Source of the DNA: Deltaproteobacteria bacterium
GTDB lineage: Bacteria; Desulfobacterota; GWC2-55-46
NCBI GenBank assembly: GCA_016219025.1
Contig: JACRCM010000163.1
Span: 329-64,328 of the forward strand
Reading direction: 5' to 3'
Length of the DNA stretch: 64,000 nt
Shown: positions 9,662 to 19,248 of the stretch, one piece after another
How the letters are laid out: every line of letters starts with the position of its first letter
Position numbering within the stretch: the first letter of the stretch is position 1
Notes under the pieces: model-generated
The model's input: only the letters and a program-made list of their open reading frames with translations
What the model was told of the DNA's origin: nothing
Database searches by the model: none
Position numbers and translations under genes: made by a program

Positions 9662-11701
9662 TTAACCTCTGTCGAGAAACAGGCCCTTCTTGCTGTTAAT
9701 GAGGCCGATGGCGGCGCCGGTTATCTCTTTGGTGGTGATGCCGAATCTTTCGTAGAGCGTCTTGTAAGGCGCGGATGCGCCGAAGCGGTCGATGGAGATT
9801 GTCACGCCCTCGGCCCCGGCGTAGCGGTGCCAGCCCATGGACGAGCCGGCCTCTATGGTAAGCCGCGTCCGTGTCCGTGGGGGAAGGACGCCCTGTCTGT
9901 ATTCCTCCGTCTGCGCCTCGAAGATGGAGGTGGACGGCATGGCCACTACCCGCGCCTTTATCCCGCGCCTCGTCAAGTCCTCGTGGGCCTCAAGCGCGAG
10001 GCTGACCTCGGAGCCCGTGGCGATGAGGATGACCTCCGGCTCTCCGTTGGATGCGTCCGCGAGGACGTAAGCCCCGGCCGTAAGGTCTCCCTTTGGTTTG
10101 TATCTGTCGCGGTCTATAGGCGGCAGGTTCTGCCGGGTGAGCACGAGGGCGACCGGCCCGGATGCCTCGACTGCGGTCTTCCATGCGAGCGCGGTCTCGG
10201 CCGCGTCGGACGGCCTTATGACCGTGAGTCCGGGGATGGCGCGGAGCGACGCAAGCTGTTCGATGGGCTGGTGCGTGGGGCCGTCCTCCCCGAGGCCGAT
10301 GGAGTCGTGCGTGAAGACGTATATGACGTGCAGGCGCATGATGGCCGCGAGCCTTATGGCCGGGCGCATGTAGTCGGAGAATATCAGGAACGTCCCGCCA
10401 TAAGGGATAAGCCCCGTGAGCGCCATGCCGTTCATCAAAGACCCCATCGCGTGCTCGCGCACGCCGAAGTGGAGGTTCCTGCCGGCTGTCCCGGCCTGCA
10501 TGTCGCCCAGGCCCTTTAGATAGGTATTGTTCGACGGCGCAAGGTCGGCGGAGCCGCCTATGAGGTGCGGCAACTTCGGCGCTATGGCGTTTACGACCTT
10601 GCCGGACGCGCTCCGGGTGGCCATTGGGCCGTCCTTGGCCGTGAACGCTGGCAGGGCGCTGTCCCAGCCGTCTCCCGGCGCGCCCGCGAAGATATTTTTC
10701 AGTTCGGCGGCAAGCTCAGGGTGGGCCTTGGCGTATGCCGCGAATATCTCGTCCCAGCCGCGCTCCAGTCCCTTGCCCTTGTCAACGGCGGCCCTCATGC
10801 GGTCAAGGGCGTCTTCCGGGATATGGAACAGCGGCTCAAGGGGCCAGCCGAGCTTTTCCTTGGTGAGTTTTACCTCGTCCTTGCCGAGCGGCGCGCCGTG
10901 CACCTCCGCGGTGTCCTGTTTGCCCGGGCTTCCGAAGCCGATATTGGTGCGGGCGATGATGAGGGATGGCCGGCTTGACTCGGCCTTTGCCGCCTCGATG
11001 GCCTTTGACACGCCCGCGAGGTCGTTGCCGCCGACGCGCTGGACGTGCCAGCCCATCGCCTCGAACCTCTTGCCCACGTCCTCGGTGAACGATATGTCCG
11101 TCGAGCCTTCTATCGTAATCTTGTTGTCTGAATAGAGGTAGACTATCTTGCCGAGTCCGAGGTGCCCGGCGATGGAGGCGGCCTCGTTGGACACGCCCTC
11201 CATCATGTCGCCGTCGCTCGTTATCGCGTAGACGTTGTAGTCGAAGAGGGTGAACCCCGGCCTGTTGTAGCGTCCCGCCAGATAACGCTCGGCAATGGCC
11301 ATGCCAACGCCGTTGGCAAACCCCTGTCCGAGCGGCCCGGTCGTGGTCTCTATGCCGCGCTCTATGTCGCGCTCAGGGTGCCCGGGCGTATGACTGCCCC
11401 ACTGTCTGAACCTTTTCAGTTCTTCAAGCGGCATGTTGTAGCCGGTAAGATGCAGGAGCGAGTAGAGGAGCATGGAGCCGTGTCCGGCGGAGAGGACGAA
11501 GCGGTCCCTGCCCGGCCACCTGGGGTTCGACGGGTTGAAGCGCAGGTGCCTCGCCCAGAGCGCGTAGGCCATGGGCGCGTCCCCCATCGGCATCCCCGGA
11601 TGCCCGGAGTTGGCCGCCTCCACGCCGTCAATGGCGAGGAAACGAATCGTATTTATGCAGAGAGAGTCGGTAGCGTCGAACTGGTGGAGGAGAGATGGCA
11701 T
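9662..11701 (-). CDS. tkt: Transketolase.
   Basis: The N-terminus matches the thiamine-diphosphate motif region of Tkt ([21 protein letters not shown]). 679 aa. Confidence 0.9.
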   Translation of the reverse strand: MPSLLHQFDATDSLCINTIRFLAIDGVEAANSGHPGMPMGDAPMAYALWARHLRFNPSNPRWPGRDRFVLSAGHGSMLLYSLLHLTGYNMPLEELKRFRQWGSHTPGHPERDIERGIETTTGPLGQGFANGVGMAIAERYLAGRYNRPGFTLFDYNVYAITSDGDMMEGVSNEAASIAGHLGLGKIVYLYSDNKITIEGSTDISFTEDVGKRFEAMGWHVQRVGGNDLAGVSKAIEAAKAESSRPSLIIARTNIGFGSPGKQDTAEVHGAPLGKDEVKLTKEKLGWPLEPLFHIPEDALDRMRAAVDKGKGLERGWDEIFAAYAKAHPELAAELKNIFAGAPGDGWDSALPAFTAKDGPMATRSASGKVVNAIAPKLPHLIGGSADLAPSNNTYLKGLGDMQAGTAGRNLHFGVREHAMGSLMNGMALTGLIPYGGTFLIFSDYMRPAIRLAAIMRLHVIYVFTHDSIGLGEDGPTHQPIEQLASLRAIPGLTVIRPSDAAETALAWKTAVEASGPVALVLTRQNLPPIDRDRYKPKGDLTAGAYVLADASNGEPEVILIATGSEVSLALEAHEDLTRRGIKARVVAMPSTSIFEAQTEEYRQGVLPPRTRTRLTIEAGSSMGWHRYAGAEGVTISIDRFGASAPYKTLYERFGITTKEITGAAIGLINSKKGLFLDRG

Positions 11702-11716
11702 GGAAGACCCCGTAGC

Positions 11717-12685
11717 TTATTGTGATATTTTGTGGCTGATGCTATTTTTTGCAAAAAGTGGCAACGCATGACCGCGCTCTTCATTGTCGACTATGCAACT
11801 TGCCGTCCGTAATCTATCAATAGACAATTCGTAATATTGCCGGGTTATTTCAAAGCCGATAAACGCGCGGTTCTGATGCGTTGCGGCGATGGCCGTGGAT
11901 CCGCTCCCCATGAAAGGGTCCATGACTAGTTGTCCTTCCTTGGTAGTCAGTTTGATCAAAAATTCCAATAACGCTAAGGGTTTCTGAGCTTCATGGAATC
12001 TCTCCTCGTCTTTCCCGAAGCCGAATTCGAGGAGATTTGTCGGACTGGAGCCGTTTATCCTGCACGTTTCGATGTTCAGGGCTCCAACCCTGTTCTTTAA
12101 AATATTATCGGTCATGGTGACTTTGTATGGCTTGAAGAACCATGCTATAGGTTCATAGATCGGCGCCAGATTCCCAAGCCGCCATCCTTCCCACTCCAAT
12201 GCCTCCCTATCAAGCCCCCGGCCCCTTAATACATTGGTGAATTTCTGTGCCCTGTGATGGGCGGATGGTTTCTTCCAAGCCAAAACGTCTTTCAAGAGGA
12301 AGCCGGACTCCTCAAATGCGTTTATGGCCCTGTGCAAAGTCCTCCTAGCGCCAAAAGCGAACAACGATGCCCCCTCCTTCATCAACGGGAATACGAGAGA
12401 CGTCCAACTGAGGCACCATTCCTGATATTCCTTGCCGATGTTCCTGTCCGAGGAACTCCAACCGTTTATCGGCTTGCCCCTTCTTTTGAAGCCGCTTTTT
12501 CCATTCTGAGCCGGTGAAGAGCCGAGTAGCGCTGAATTTGTATTATTATGCAATACATCCCACTCATCCAGCGAAATGCCATACGGGATGTCTGAAAGGA
12601 ATAGGTCTATGCTCTCATTGTTGAGCCGGGGCAGGTGTTCCCGGCAATCGGCGCACACCACCTTATTTATATAGTCGTTGTTCAT
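11717..12685 (-). CDS. Beta-class DNA (amino) methyltransferase, the modification subunit of a HindIII-like type II R-M system.
   Basis: Motif IV (SDIPYG) precedes motif I (DPFMGSGST), the beta-class order. The gene is low-GC and overlaps the upstream endonuclease gene by 4 bp. Confidence 0.75.
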   Translation of the reverse strand: MNNDYINKVVCADCREHLPRLNNESIDLFLSDIPYGISLDEWDVLHNNTNSALLGSSPAQNGKSGFKRRGKPINGWSSSDRNIGKEYQEWCLSWTSLVFPLMKEGASLFAFGARRTLHRAINAFEESGFLLKDVLAWKKPSAHHRAQKFTNVLRGRGLDREALEWEGWRLGNLAPIYEPIAWFFKPYKVTMTDNILKNRVGALNIETCRINGSSPTNLLEFGFGKDEERFHEAQKPLALLEFLIKLTTKEGQLVMDPFMGSGSTAIAATHQNRAFIGFEITRQYYELSIDRLRTASCIVDNEERGHALPLFAKNSISHKISQ

Positions 12686-13539
12686 AACTCGACTGTCTGA
12701 TTAATCGTCTCTTCAATGGTGCGTATCTTCGATTCTATTTTTTCGGCCTTGATGAGTCTGGCTATGGCTTCTTCCTTGGAGAGGTTTTTGTATTTTCTGA
12801 TTATGCCTCTCCAATATGCAATGCCTTCATTGCCGAGTTGTTTGGACCTTACGATCTCGGACTCCTTGTGTCTTCTCAGGTCTTCGTGCAATTTATCAGT
12901 TATACGGCAGACAGTCCTGTCTATCTCCTTCCAGTAGGATGCCGAATTTTCGTGTTCCGCGGTCTTAAGCGAGGTTCTTAATCGTTCGCTGGTTTCCCAT
13001 AAGGGCCTGATGTCCTGCCCGTGATGATATTCAAGCAAAAAACTCAAATGCGTGTAAGAGAGCAAGGTAATATTCTTGTCAATAGCCTGAGCATATATTT
13101 GACTTTTCCTGCTTGGATATTGGATGAGCGGCGCGGCCAGCACCACATAATTGTCCTTCTTACGCCAATCATCAAGCGATTTTACCTTGAAATCCTTTTG
13201 ATTCTTGGCCGTCCTGCTCAATCTGAAAGTCTTAGCGTCGCCTACTATCGAATATTCAGCGTTTTTGCCGAAGACATCCGCTGAATTACCCCTTACTCTA
13301 AGAACCTCCGACGGTATTCCGAGAAAACCAAGCGTATGCGCCAATATTATATCCGAATATTTAGCCCATAATTTTTCAGTCGAAGAATCATGCGGGAACA
13401 TTTCAGGCAGGATGCCGCATTCAATGATGTTTTCTCTTAATTCGTCCCTTGTTATTTTACCGGCGCTTTGTTCTAAAAGGTAAAAAGCGTCGGCCTCGCC
13501 GGAAACCTTTGAGATGAATTCTATGATCTTTTTTCTCAC
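12682..13539 (-). CDS. Type II restriction endonuclease, HindIII family.
   Basis: GDAKTFRLSRTAKNQKDFKVKSL...APLIQYPSRKSQI and the C-terminal SKEEAIARLIK...SKIRTIEE closely parallel the R.HindIII sequence as I recall it (DAKSFRLSRTAKNQKDFKVKAL...QYPTTKSQIF; TREEAIEALLK...SKIETID). GC is about 40%, against about 65% for the flanks. Confidence 0.75.
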   Translation of the reverse strand: MRKKIIEFISKVSGEADAFYLLEQSAGKITRDELRENIIECGILPEMFPHDSSTEKLWAKYSDIILAHTLGFLGIPSEVLRVRGNSADVFGKNAEYSIVGDAKTFRLSRTAKNQKDFKVKSLDDWRKKDNYVVLAAPLIQYPSRKSQIYAQAIDKNITLLSYTHLSFLLEYHHGQDIRPLWETSERLRTSLKTAEHENSASYWKEIDRTVCRITDKLHEDLRRHKESEIVRSKQLGNEGIAYWRGIIRKYKNLSKEEAIARLIKAEKIESKIRTIEETINQTVEL

Positions 13540-13600
13540 GATGGGCCTGTCTGAATATTCATTTCCCTTTTTTCTTGGGATGATCCGTAGAAGAGTTATA

Positions 13601-13625
13601 TGGAGCTACTTTGTAAATCCCACTA
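13601..13625. repeat. Dispersed repeat family 3 (GGAGCTACTTTGTAAATCC core).
   Basis: The same core occurs at 9394-9412 and, inverted, at 9452-9499, 24765-24815 and 27204-27222. Confidence 0.6.
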
Positions 13626-13663
13626 TCGCCTCCCAGTCAATGCGTCCGTCCGTGCAGGCGCGA

Positions 13664-14296
13664 TTATCGCTCCGTGTCCGCCGGCCGTTGGGCGTTCCCC
13701 CCCGGCGTGACCATGCCGCCGGTCATTATGACCTTGAATGCGTCTTCGACTGACATTTCGAGGAGGATGACCTCATGCCTCGGCGCGACTATGTAGAAGC
13801 CGGAGGTCGGGTTCGGGGTCGTGGGCAGGAATACGCTGACCGTCTCCTCGTCCGTCTTCTGCTTGAGTTCGGCGCTGACCCTGCCGGTGATAAAGCCCAT
13901 GCTCCAGACGCCCTTGCGCGGGAACTCCACGAGGACGACCTTTCTGAACCCCTCGTGCTCCTTGGCGAAGAAGGTCTCCATGAACTGCTTGGAGGCGTTG
14001 TAGACGATCCTGAGCACCGGCACCTTGCCGAGCAGCCGCTCGGCCATGTGGAGGAGCCTCTTGCCGAGGAAGTTCTGCGTTATGACGCCCGCTGCCAGCA
14101 CGACCACTATCGTGAAGATGACGCCGAGGCCCGGGACTCGGAAGGGAAGATACGTATCCGGGCGCAGGGCCTGCGGCAGGAGGTAGTAGACGCCCTCCAT
14201 GAACCCCACGACGAGTGTCAGCACGTATATGGTTATGTAGAGCGGGACGATGACCAGGAGTCCGGTGATGAAGTAGCTCTTTATCCCCTTGCTCAT
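13664..14296 (-). CDS. DUF502 family membrane protein.
   Basis: Two N-terminal TM helices and the conserved [16 protein letters not shown]...TTPNPTSGF region. The start at MSKGIKSYF overlaps the panD stop as ATGA. Confidence 0.65.
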   Translation of the reverse strand: MSKGIKSYFITGLLVIVPLYITIYVLTLVVGFMEGVYYLLPQALRPDTYLPFRVPGLGVIFTIVVVLAAGVITQNFLGKRLLHMAERLLGKVPVLRIVYNASKQFMETFFAKEHEGFRKVVLVEFPRKGVWSMGFITGRVSAELKQKTDEETVSVFLPTTPNPTSGFYIVAPRHEVILLEMSVEDAFKVIMTGGMVTPGGNAQRPADTER

Positions 14297-14667
14297 ACGC
14301 CGGCAAGCTCTGAGGATATCTTCTCGACGGCGTTTTGCCCGTCCACGTAGACGAGGACGGGGCTGTGGCATGCGGCCTCGGACTCCTCAAGCGCCGAGTA
14401 GGAGGCGATGATCACGAGGTCGCCCTTTCTGGCGAGGTGCGCCGCCGCGCCGTTGATGGAGATGACGCCGCTTCCCCTCTCGCCCTTTATCGCGTAGGTG
14501 GTCAGGCGCGAGCCGTTGGTTATGTCGTATATCTGCACCTGCTCGAACGGGTAGATGCCCGCCGCTTCCATGAGAAGCTCGTCTATGGCCACGGAGCCTT
14601 CATAGTCGACGTTCGCGTCCGTCACGGTGGCCCTGTGTATCTTGCTCTTCAACATAATGCGCTGCAT
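14293..14667 (-). CDS. panD: Aspartate 1-decarboxylase.
   Basis: [12 protein letters not shown] followed by YEGS matches the pyruvoyl-forming GS site region. There is an AAGGAGG SD 7 nt upstream of the ATG at 14667. Confidence 0.85.
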   Translation of the reverse strand: MQRIMLKSKIHRATVTDANVDYEGSVAIDELLMEAAGIYPFEQVQIYDITNGSRLTTYAIKGERGSGVISINGAAAHLARKGDLVIIASYSALEESEAACHSPVLVYVDGQNAVEKISSELAGV

Positions 14668-14694
14668 CTTGTTGCCGCCTCCTTTTGAGAAACG

Positions 14695-14729
14695 GGAGGG
14701 GCGGTAAACGCCTCCACCGCCCCCTCCCA
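14695..14729 (-). promoter_or_regulatory. 12-bp GC hairpin between panC and panD. It lies immediately upstream of the panD SD and is followed by GTTTCTC (possible attenuator or partial terminator).
   Basis: GGGAGGGGCGGT ... ACCGCCCCCTCCC forms a near-perfect inverted repeat. Confidence 0.4.
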
Positions 14730-14750
14730 TTACAACCTTTTACCGGCCTC

Positions 14751-15626
14751 CTACAGGCTGTCGAGACTTGCGCTCCAGCCCTTCTTCTCCAGAAGGCAGT
14801 TGTCTATGAGACGCGCCTTGCCTACCTTTACGGCGAGGAGGAGTCTCGCCGAGTCCTCGACGTATTCGAGGTCGGCAAGGGTCTCCGTATCGCACACACT
14901 TATATATTCTACCACGGCCAAGGGTTCGTTCTCTATGATTTTTTTCACTATATCGATGAGGGAGGCGCTTGCGCGCGTGCCGTCGAAGAAGGCCGCGTTC
15001 ACCTCGTCCATGGCCCTGGGGATGCACCTGGCGGCCAGCCTCTCCGCCGGATCGAGGTACGAGTTCCTCGAACTCATGGCCAGGCCGTCGGGCTCCCGCA
15101 TCGTCTCGACGCCGATTATCTCCACGTCGAGGTTAAGGTCCTCGACCATCCGCCTGACCACGAGGTACTGCTGGTAGTCCTTCTTGCCGAAGACGGCCTT
15201 GGCCGGGCCGACGATATTGAATAATTTGAGCACGACCGTGGTGACGCCCCTGAAATGCCCCGGCCTTACCTCGCCGCAGAGCACCTTTGTAAGCTCCTCC
15301 ACGTTCACGAATGTCTGGAAGCCGTGGTGGTACATGTCCGCCGCGTAAGGCACGAAGACCGCGTCGACCCCGGTCTGTGCCGCCAGCTTCATGTCCCCGT
15401 TGATGTCCCTGGGATATGTCTGGTAGTCTTCCTTAGGCCCGAACTGCATGGGGTTTACGAATATGGAGAGGACGACCAGGTCGGCGCTTTCCCTGGCTAC
15501 GCGCAGGAGTTCCGCGTGCCCGGCGTGCAGGTATCCCATCGTGGGCACGAGCGCCACGGCGGCGCCTTTCGCCCGCGCCTCCTTAGCGTAGCGGCGCATC
15601 TCCCTGATATCCTCGATTATCTTCAT
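14751..15626 (-). CDS. panC: Pantoate--beta-alanine ligase.
   Basis: VPTMGYLHAGHAELLR is the HIGH-like motif of PanC. 291 aa. Confidence 0.9.
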   Translation of the reverse strand: MKIIEDIREMRRYAKEARAKGAAVALVPTMGYLHAGHAELLRVARESADLVVLSIFVNPMQFGPKEDYQTYPRDINGDMKLAAQTGVDAVFVPYAADMYHHGFQTFVNVEELTKVLCGEVRPGHFRGVTTVVLKLFNIVGPAKAVFGKKDYQQYLVVRRMVEDLNLDVEIIGVETMREPDGLAMSSRNSYLDPAERLAARCIPRAMDEVNAAFFDGTRASASLIDIVKKIIENEPLAVVEYISVCDTETLADLEYVEDSARLLLAVKVGKARLIDNCLLEKKGWSASLDSL

Positions 15627-15650
15627 CCGTTTTGAAGGCCGTCACGGCGT

Positions 15651-16451
15651 CTAATACGACTGTTCTTTTGAAGGAAACCTGCCTGCCTCGACGTCGATGA
15701 CGTACTCCACTACCGCCGAGGAGATGATGTTTTTCAGGTCCATGTATCTCTTAACGTATTTGGGCAGTTTCATTGGGGATTCGAGCCCCAGCATGTCGTT
15801 GGATACGAGCACCTGGCCGTCGCAGTGCGGGCCCGCGCCTATGCCGATGGTCGGTATGGAAAGGGCTGCGGTTATGTCCTTGGCAAGCGTCTGAGGCATG
15901 CCCTCGAGCACCATTGAGAAGACCCCGGCCTTTTCCAGCTCCCGCGCGTCGTCCACGAGCCTGTCCGCGTCCTCGCTCGCCTTGCCTTGCACCCTGTAGC
16001 CGCCCATCGCGTGGATGGACTGCGGGGTGAGCCCGATGTGGCCCATGACCGGTATGTCCATGTCGATGATGGCCTTTATCGCGCGCAGCGACCTCTTGCC
16101 GCCCTCGACCTTCACGGCCTCGGCCCCGCCTTCCTTGACGAGCCTGGCCGCGTTCCTGCGCGCCTCCACGACGCTCGTCTGATACGAGGCGAAGGGCATG
16201 TCGCTCACCACCACCGCGTAGTCCCTGCCCCTTGCCACCGACCTCGTGTGGTAGACCATCTCGTCCATCGTGACGGTCAGGGTGTTCTCCCGGCCCGCCT
16301 CGACCATGCCGCAGGAATCCCCGACCATGATGAGCGGGATGCCAGCGTTGTCGAGCACCTTAGCTATCGCGTAGTTGTAGGCCGTGAGCACGGGGATCTT
16401 CCTCCCCTCGGCCTTCATCTTAACGATGTCCGGTATCGTTATCTTTTTCAT
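15651..16451 (-). CDS. panB: 3-methyl-2-oxobutanoate hydroxymethyltransferase.
   Basis: IPVLTAYNY, MVGDS and VEGG motifs. 266 aa. Confidence 0.9.
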   Translation of the reverse strand: MKKITIPDIVKMKAEGRKIPVLTAYNYAIAKVLDNAGIPLIMVGDSCGMVEAGRENTLTVTMDEMVYHTRSVARGRDYAVVVSDMPFASYQTSVVEARRNAARLVKEGGAEAVKVEGGKRSLRAIKAIIDMDIPVMGHIGLTPQSIHAMGGYRVQGKASEDADRLVDDARELEKAGVFSMVLEGMPQTLAKDITAALSIPTIGIGAGPHCDGQVLVSNDMLGLESPMKLPKYVKRYMDLKNIISSAVVEYVIDVEAGRFPSKEQSY

Positions 16452-17139
16452 CGTCGCCCTCCGCTGGTATGCGCTGGCGTGGCGTCTCGAAGAAGACCTC
16501 CTTCGAGGCGAGCGGCAGGTAGTACTCCTTGCCGCCTTTCATGGATTTTATCTTCTTCACGAGCCCCTTGAGGTCGGCCTCGTTCTCCACGAAGTCTATC
16601 TCCGTGGTGTTGACCACGAGCAGCGGCGTGTCGTTGTAATAGAAGAAGTACTTGTTGTACGAGTCTATGAGCCGCACGAGGTAGTCTTCCTTTATCGCCC
16701 GCTCGAAATCGTTGTTCCTTATCCTGATCCTCTCCAGGAGCACGTCGGTCGAGGCCTGGAGGTATACGACGAGGTCGGGTTTCTTAATCTTCGCGTCGAG
16801 GAGCCTGTAGACCTGCTCGTAGAGCGCGAGTTCGTTCTCGTCGAGGTTCAGGTAAGCGAATATCCTGTCCTTGGCGAAGAGGTAGTCGGATATCACGCAC
16901 CCGCCGAATAGTTCCTGCTGCGCCATCTCTTTCTGTTGCCGGTAGCGGTTGAGGAGAAAGAAGAGCTGCGCCTGGAACGCGTATTTCCTGATGTCCTCGT
17001 AAAACTGAGTCAGGAATGGGTTTGCCTCGACCTCTTCTATCAGCGAAGAACCCGCGAATTCCACGCTCAGGCGCTCGGCCAAGGACGTCTTGCCGACCCC
17101 TATCGGGCCTTCTATGGCTATGTAGCTGATATTTTCCAT
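16420..17139 (-). CDS. Deoxynucleoside kinase (dNK/dCK/dGK family).
   Basis: P-loop IAIEGPIGVGKTSLAERL with downstream ERIRIR lid-like region. Start taken at MENISY. The C-terminus overlaps the panB start by 32 nt. Confidence 0.7.
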   Translation of the reverse strand: MENISYIAIEGPIGVGKTSLAERLSVEFAGSSLIEEVEANPFLTQFYEDIRKYAFQAQLFFLLNRYRQQKEMAQQELFGGCVISDYLFAKDRIFAYLNLDENELALYEQVYRLLDAKIKKPDLVVYLQASTDVLLERIRIRNNDFERAIKEDYLVRLIDSYNKYFFYYNDTPLLVVNTTEIDFVENEADLKGLVKKIKSMKGGKEYYLPLASKEVFFETPRQRIPAEGDDEKDNDTGHR

Positions 17140-17192
17140 TTTTTCAGATGCGCGGGTATTGTAATACAAAATATCCCAGAAGACCGGAAAAG

Positions 17193-18047
17193 TCAACCCG
17201 GTTGGACACCCGGGGGCTGCCCCGCGTCTTTACCGGCTGCGGCCCTCAGTTCCGCGCTCAGGGCCGCCCACTCCGCTATGGTCAGGGTCTCGCCGCGCCG
17301 CACCCCGGCGATGCCGCACCGGGCTATGGCGTCCTTTACGGCCTCCTGCGGGATGCCGAGGGGCCGCAGGGAATTCGCAAGGGTCTTGCGCCTGCCGGTG
17401 AACGACGCGGTTACGGTCTTTCTGAAAAATCCTTCGTCGGGGATATTTGCCCTCGGCGCCGGAAGCGGCGTGAGCGCGACCACGCTTGAGGTGACCTTTG
17501 GCGCGGGGAAAAAGGCCGAAGGCCCCACGTCGAACGCGATTTCAATGCCGGCGTGCATCTGGGAGAGTATGGAGAGGATGCCGTATGCCTTGCCGCCGGG
17601 CGAGGCAACGAGCCTCTGAGCCACCTCTTTTTGAAGCATGAGCGTCATGGAGGTGAACGCCAGCCGTTCGTTTATCAGCTTGGTGATTACCGGGCCTGAG
17701 ACGTTGTATGGCAGGTTGGAGACGCACCTCCATGCGCGGCCATTTGCGAGTTCGAGGAAGGAGACCTTGAGCGCGTCGGCGGTTATGATGCGGAGCCTCT
17801 CTTCCGCTATCTCGTCATTGAAGCGTTCGGCCAGAAATCCGCTCAACCCCGCATCCGCCTCGATAGCCGTTACCACCGCGCCCGCGGCAAGCAGCCCGGC
17901 CGTCAGCTCTCCTGTGCCCGGGCCGATTTCAAGAACCGGCTCCCCGGGAATTATATCAGCCCGGGCGATTATCTTTCTTATTATATTCCCGTCCTTCAGG
18001 AAGTGCTGGCCGAGGCGCTTTTTCGGGTAAGGGGTCTTGAGTTTCAT
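17193..18047 (-). CDS. rsmA: 16S rRNA (adenine1518/1519-N6)-dimethyltransferase.
   Basis: LGQHFL and EIGPGTGELT match KsgA motifs. 284 aa. Confidence 0.9.
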   Translation of the reverse strand: MKLKTPYPKKRLGQHFLKDGNIIRKIIARADIIPGEPVLEIGPGTGELTAGLLAAGAVVTAIEADAGLSGFLAERFNDEIAEERLRIITADALKVSFLELANGRAWRCVSNLPYNVSGPVITKLINERLAFTSMTLMLQKEVAQRLVASPGGKAYGILSILSQMHAGIEIAFDVGPSAFFPAPKVTSSVVALTPLPAPRANIPDEGFFRKTVTASFTGRRKTLANSLRPLGIPQEAVKDAIARCGIAGVRRGETLTIAEWAALSAELRAAAGKDAGQPPGVQPG

Positions 18048-18174
18048 GTTATCAGTTGCCGGTTATCGGTTGTCAGTGAAGGATAAAAACGCATCTTATG
18101 CGGCGCGGGAGTTCCCTCCTGACGGCACAAAACGTATTCTTACCGGCAACCGATAACCGTTCACCGATAACCGG
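18048..18174. repeat. MITE-like dispersed repeat family 2 (GGTTATCGG / GATAAC-rich, with terminal inverted repeats). It fills the entire rsmA-tsaD intergenic gap.
   Basis: TTATCAGTTGCCGGTTATCGGTTGTCAGTGAAGGATAAAAACGCAT ... CAACCGATAACCGTTCACCGATAACCGG. A homologous copy lies at 33060-33135; partial copies at 19226-19250, 27125-27165, 38090-38115 and 63818-63845. Confidence 0.65.
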
Positions 18175-19194
18175 TTAAAGGCCGTCCCATGCGGGCACGG
18201 CGTTCATGGAGGCCGTGCCGTAGACGCCTTTTTTCAGTTGATGATATCCGAGCGCCGCAATCATGGCCCCGTTGTCGCTGCAATAGCGCGGGTGGGGAAC
18301 AAAGAGGCTGACCCCGGCCTCTTGAGCCGCCGAGGCGAGGCGTTCCCTGAGGCGCGAGTTGCAGGCCACCCCCCCGGCGCATGCGAGCGCCTTCGCGCCC
18401 GTGGCCTCAATCGCCCAGACGGCCTTTTGCACGAGCACGTCTACGACCGCCTCCTGAAAGGAGGCGGCGATGTCGCATACCGCGGTCTCAGGTATAACGC
18501 CGCCCATGCCCCTGACGACGTTTATGGCCGCGGTCTTGATGCCTGAGAAGCTGAAGTCGAGGCTGCCCCTGGTGAGATACGGCCGGGTAAACGCGAATGC
18601 CGTCTTATCTCCTGTCCTGGCGAGCCGGTCGATGACCGCGCCGCCGGGGTACCCGAGTCCGAGGAGTTTGGCGGCCTTGTCGAACGCCTCTCCGGCCGCG
18701 TCGTCGCGGGTCTGCCCGAGGATGCGGTATCCGGTGAACCCCTCCTGAAGTAGAAGCGTGGTGTGGCCGCCCGATGCGATGAGCGCAACGAACGGGAAGG
18801 GCGGGGGAGGCGCGGTGTCGCCCTTTTCGCGCAGGAACGCGGCCATGGGGTGGGCGGTTATGTGGCCCACGCCCGTAAAAGGGATGCCCGCGGCAATGGA
18901 TGCGGCCTTTGCGAAGGAGAGGCCCACGAGTATGGAGCCGACGAGTCCGGGGCCGTTCGTGACCGCGATGCCGCCGATGTCTTTCATGGAGACGCCCGCG
19001 CGTCCGAGCGCCTCGTCCACGACCGGTATTATCATTTCGATGTGGCGGCGCGAGGCGAGCTCAGGGACTATGCCGCCGTATCTGCCGTGGATGGCGTCCT
19101 GCGACGAGACGATGGAGGACAGCGCGACTGAGCCGCCTTCAACGACCGCCGCCGCCGTGTCGTCGCACGAGGTCTCGATGCCGAGGGTCAGCAT
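18175..19194 (-). CDS. tsaD: tRNA N6-adenosine threonylcarbamoyltransferase.
   Basis: LGIETSCDDTA N-terminus and the Kae1/TsaD HxxH region (GHITAHP). 339 aa. Confidence 0.9.
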   Translation of the reverse strand: MLTLGIETSCDDTAAAVVEGGSVALSSIVSSQDAIHGRYGGIVPELASRRHIEMIIPVVDEALGRAGVSMKDIGGIAVTNGPGLVGSILVGLSFAKAASIAAGIPFTGVGHITAHPMAAFLREKGDTAPPPPFPFVALIASGGHTTLLLQEGFTGYRILGQTRDDAAGEAFDKAAKLLGLGYPGGAVIDRLARTGDKTAFAFTRPYLTRGSLDFSFSGIKTAAINVVRGMGGVIPETAVCDIAASFQEAVVDVLVQKAVWAIEATGAKALACAGGVACNSRLRERLASAAQEAGVSLFVPHPRYCSDNGAMIAALGYHQLKKGVYGTASMNAVPAWDGL

Positions 19195-19248
19195 TTGGCA
19201 GGCTTGGGCATGGGGGCTGCCGTAATCTGGTAGTTGCCGGTTATCCGG

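Noticed and set aside
16420-17196. Using the longest ORF starts for several genes (dNK at 17196, DUF502 at 14371, panD at 14730, GT2 at 40948, Gfo/Idh at 56013, NeuD-like at 57846, fusion protein at 55162, aspC at 2033).
   Set aside because: The extended N-termini are Arg/Gly-rich or repeat-encoded, lack family homology, and overlap upstream genes. Internal Met/Val starts restore canonical N-terminal motifs and 4-bp stop-start overlaps.
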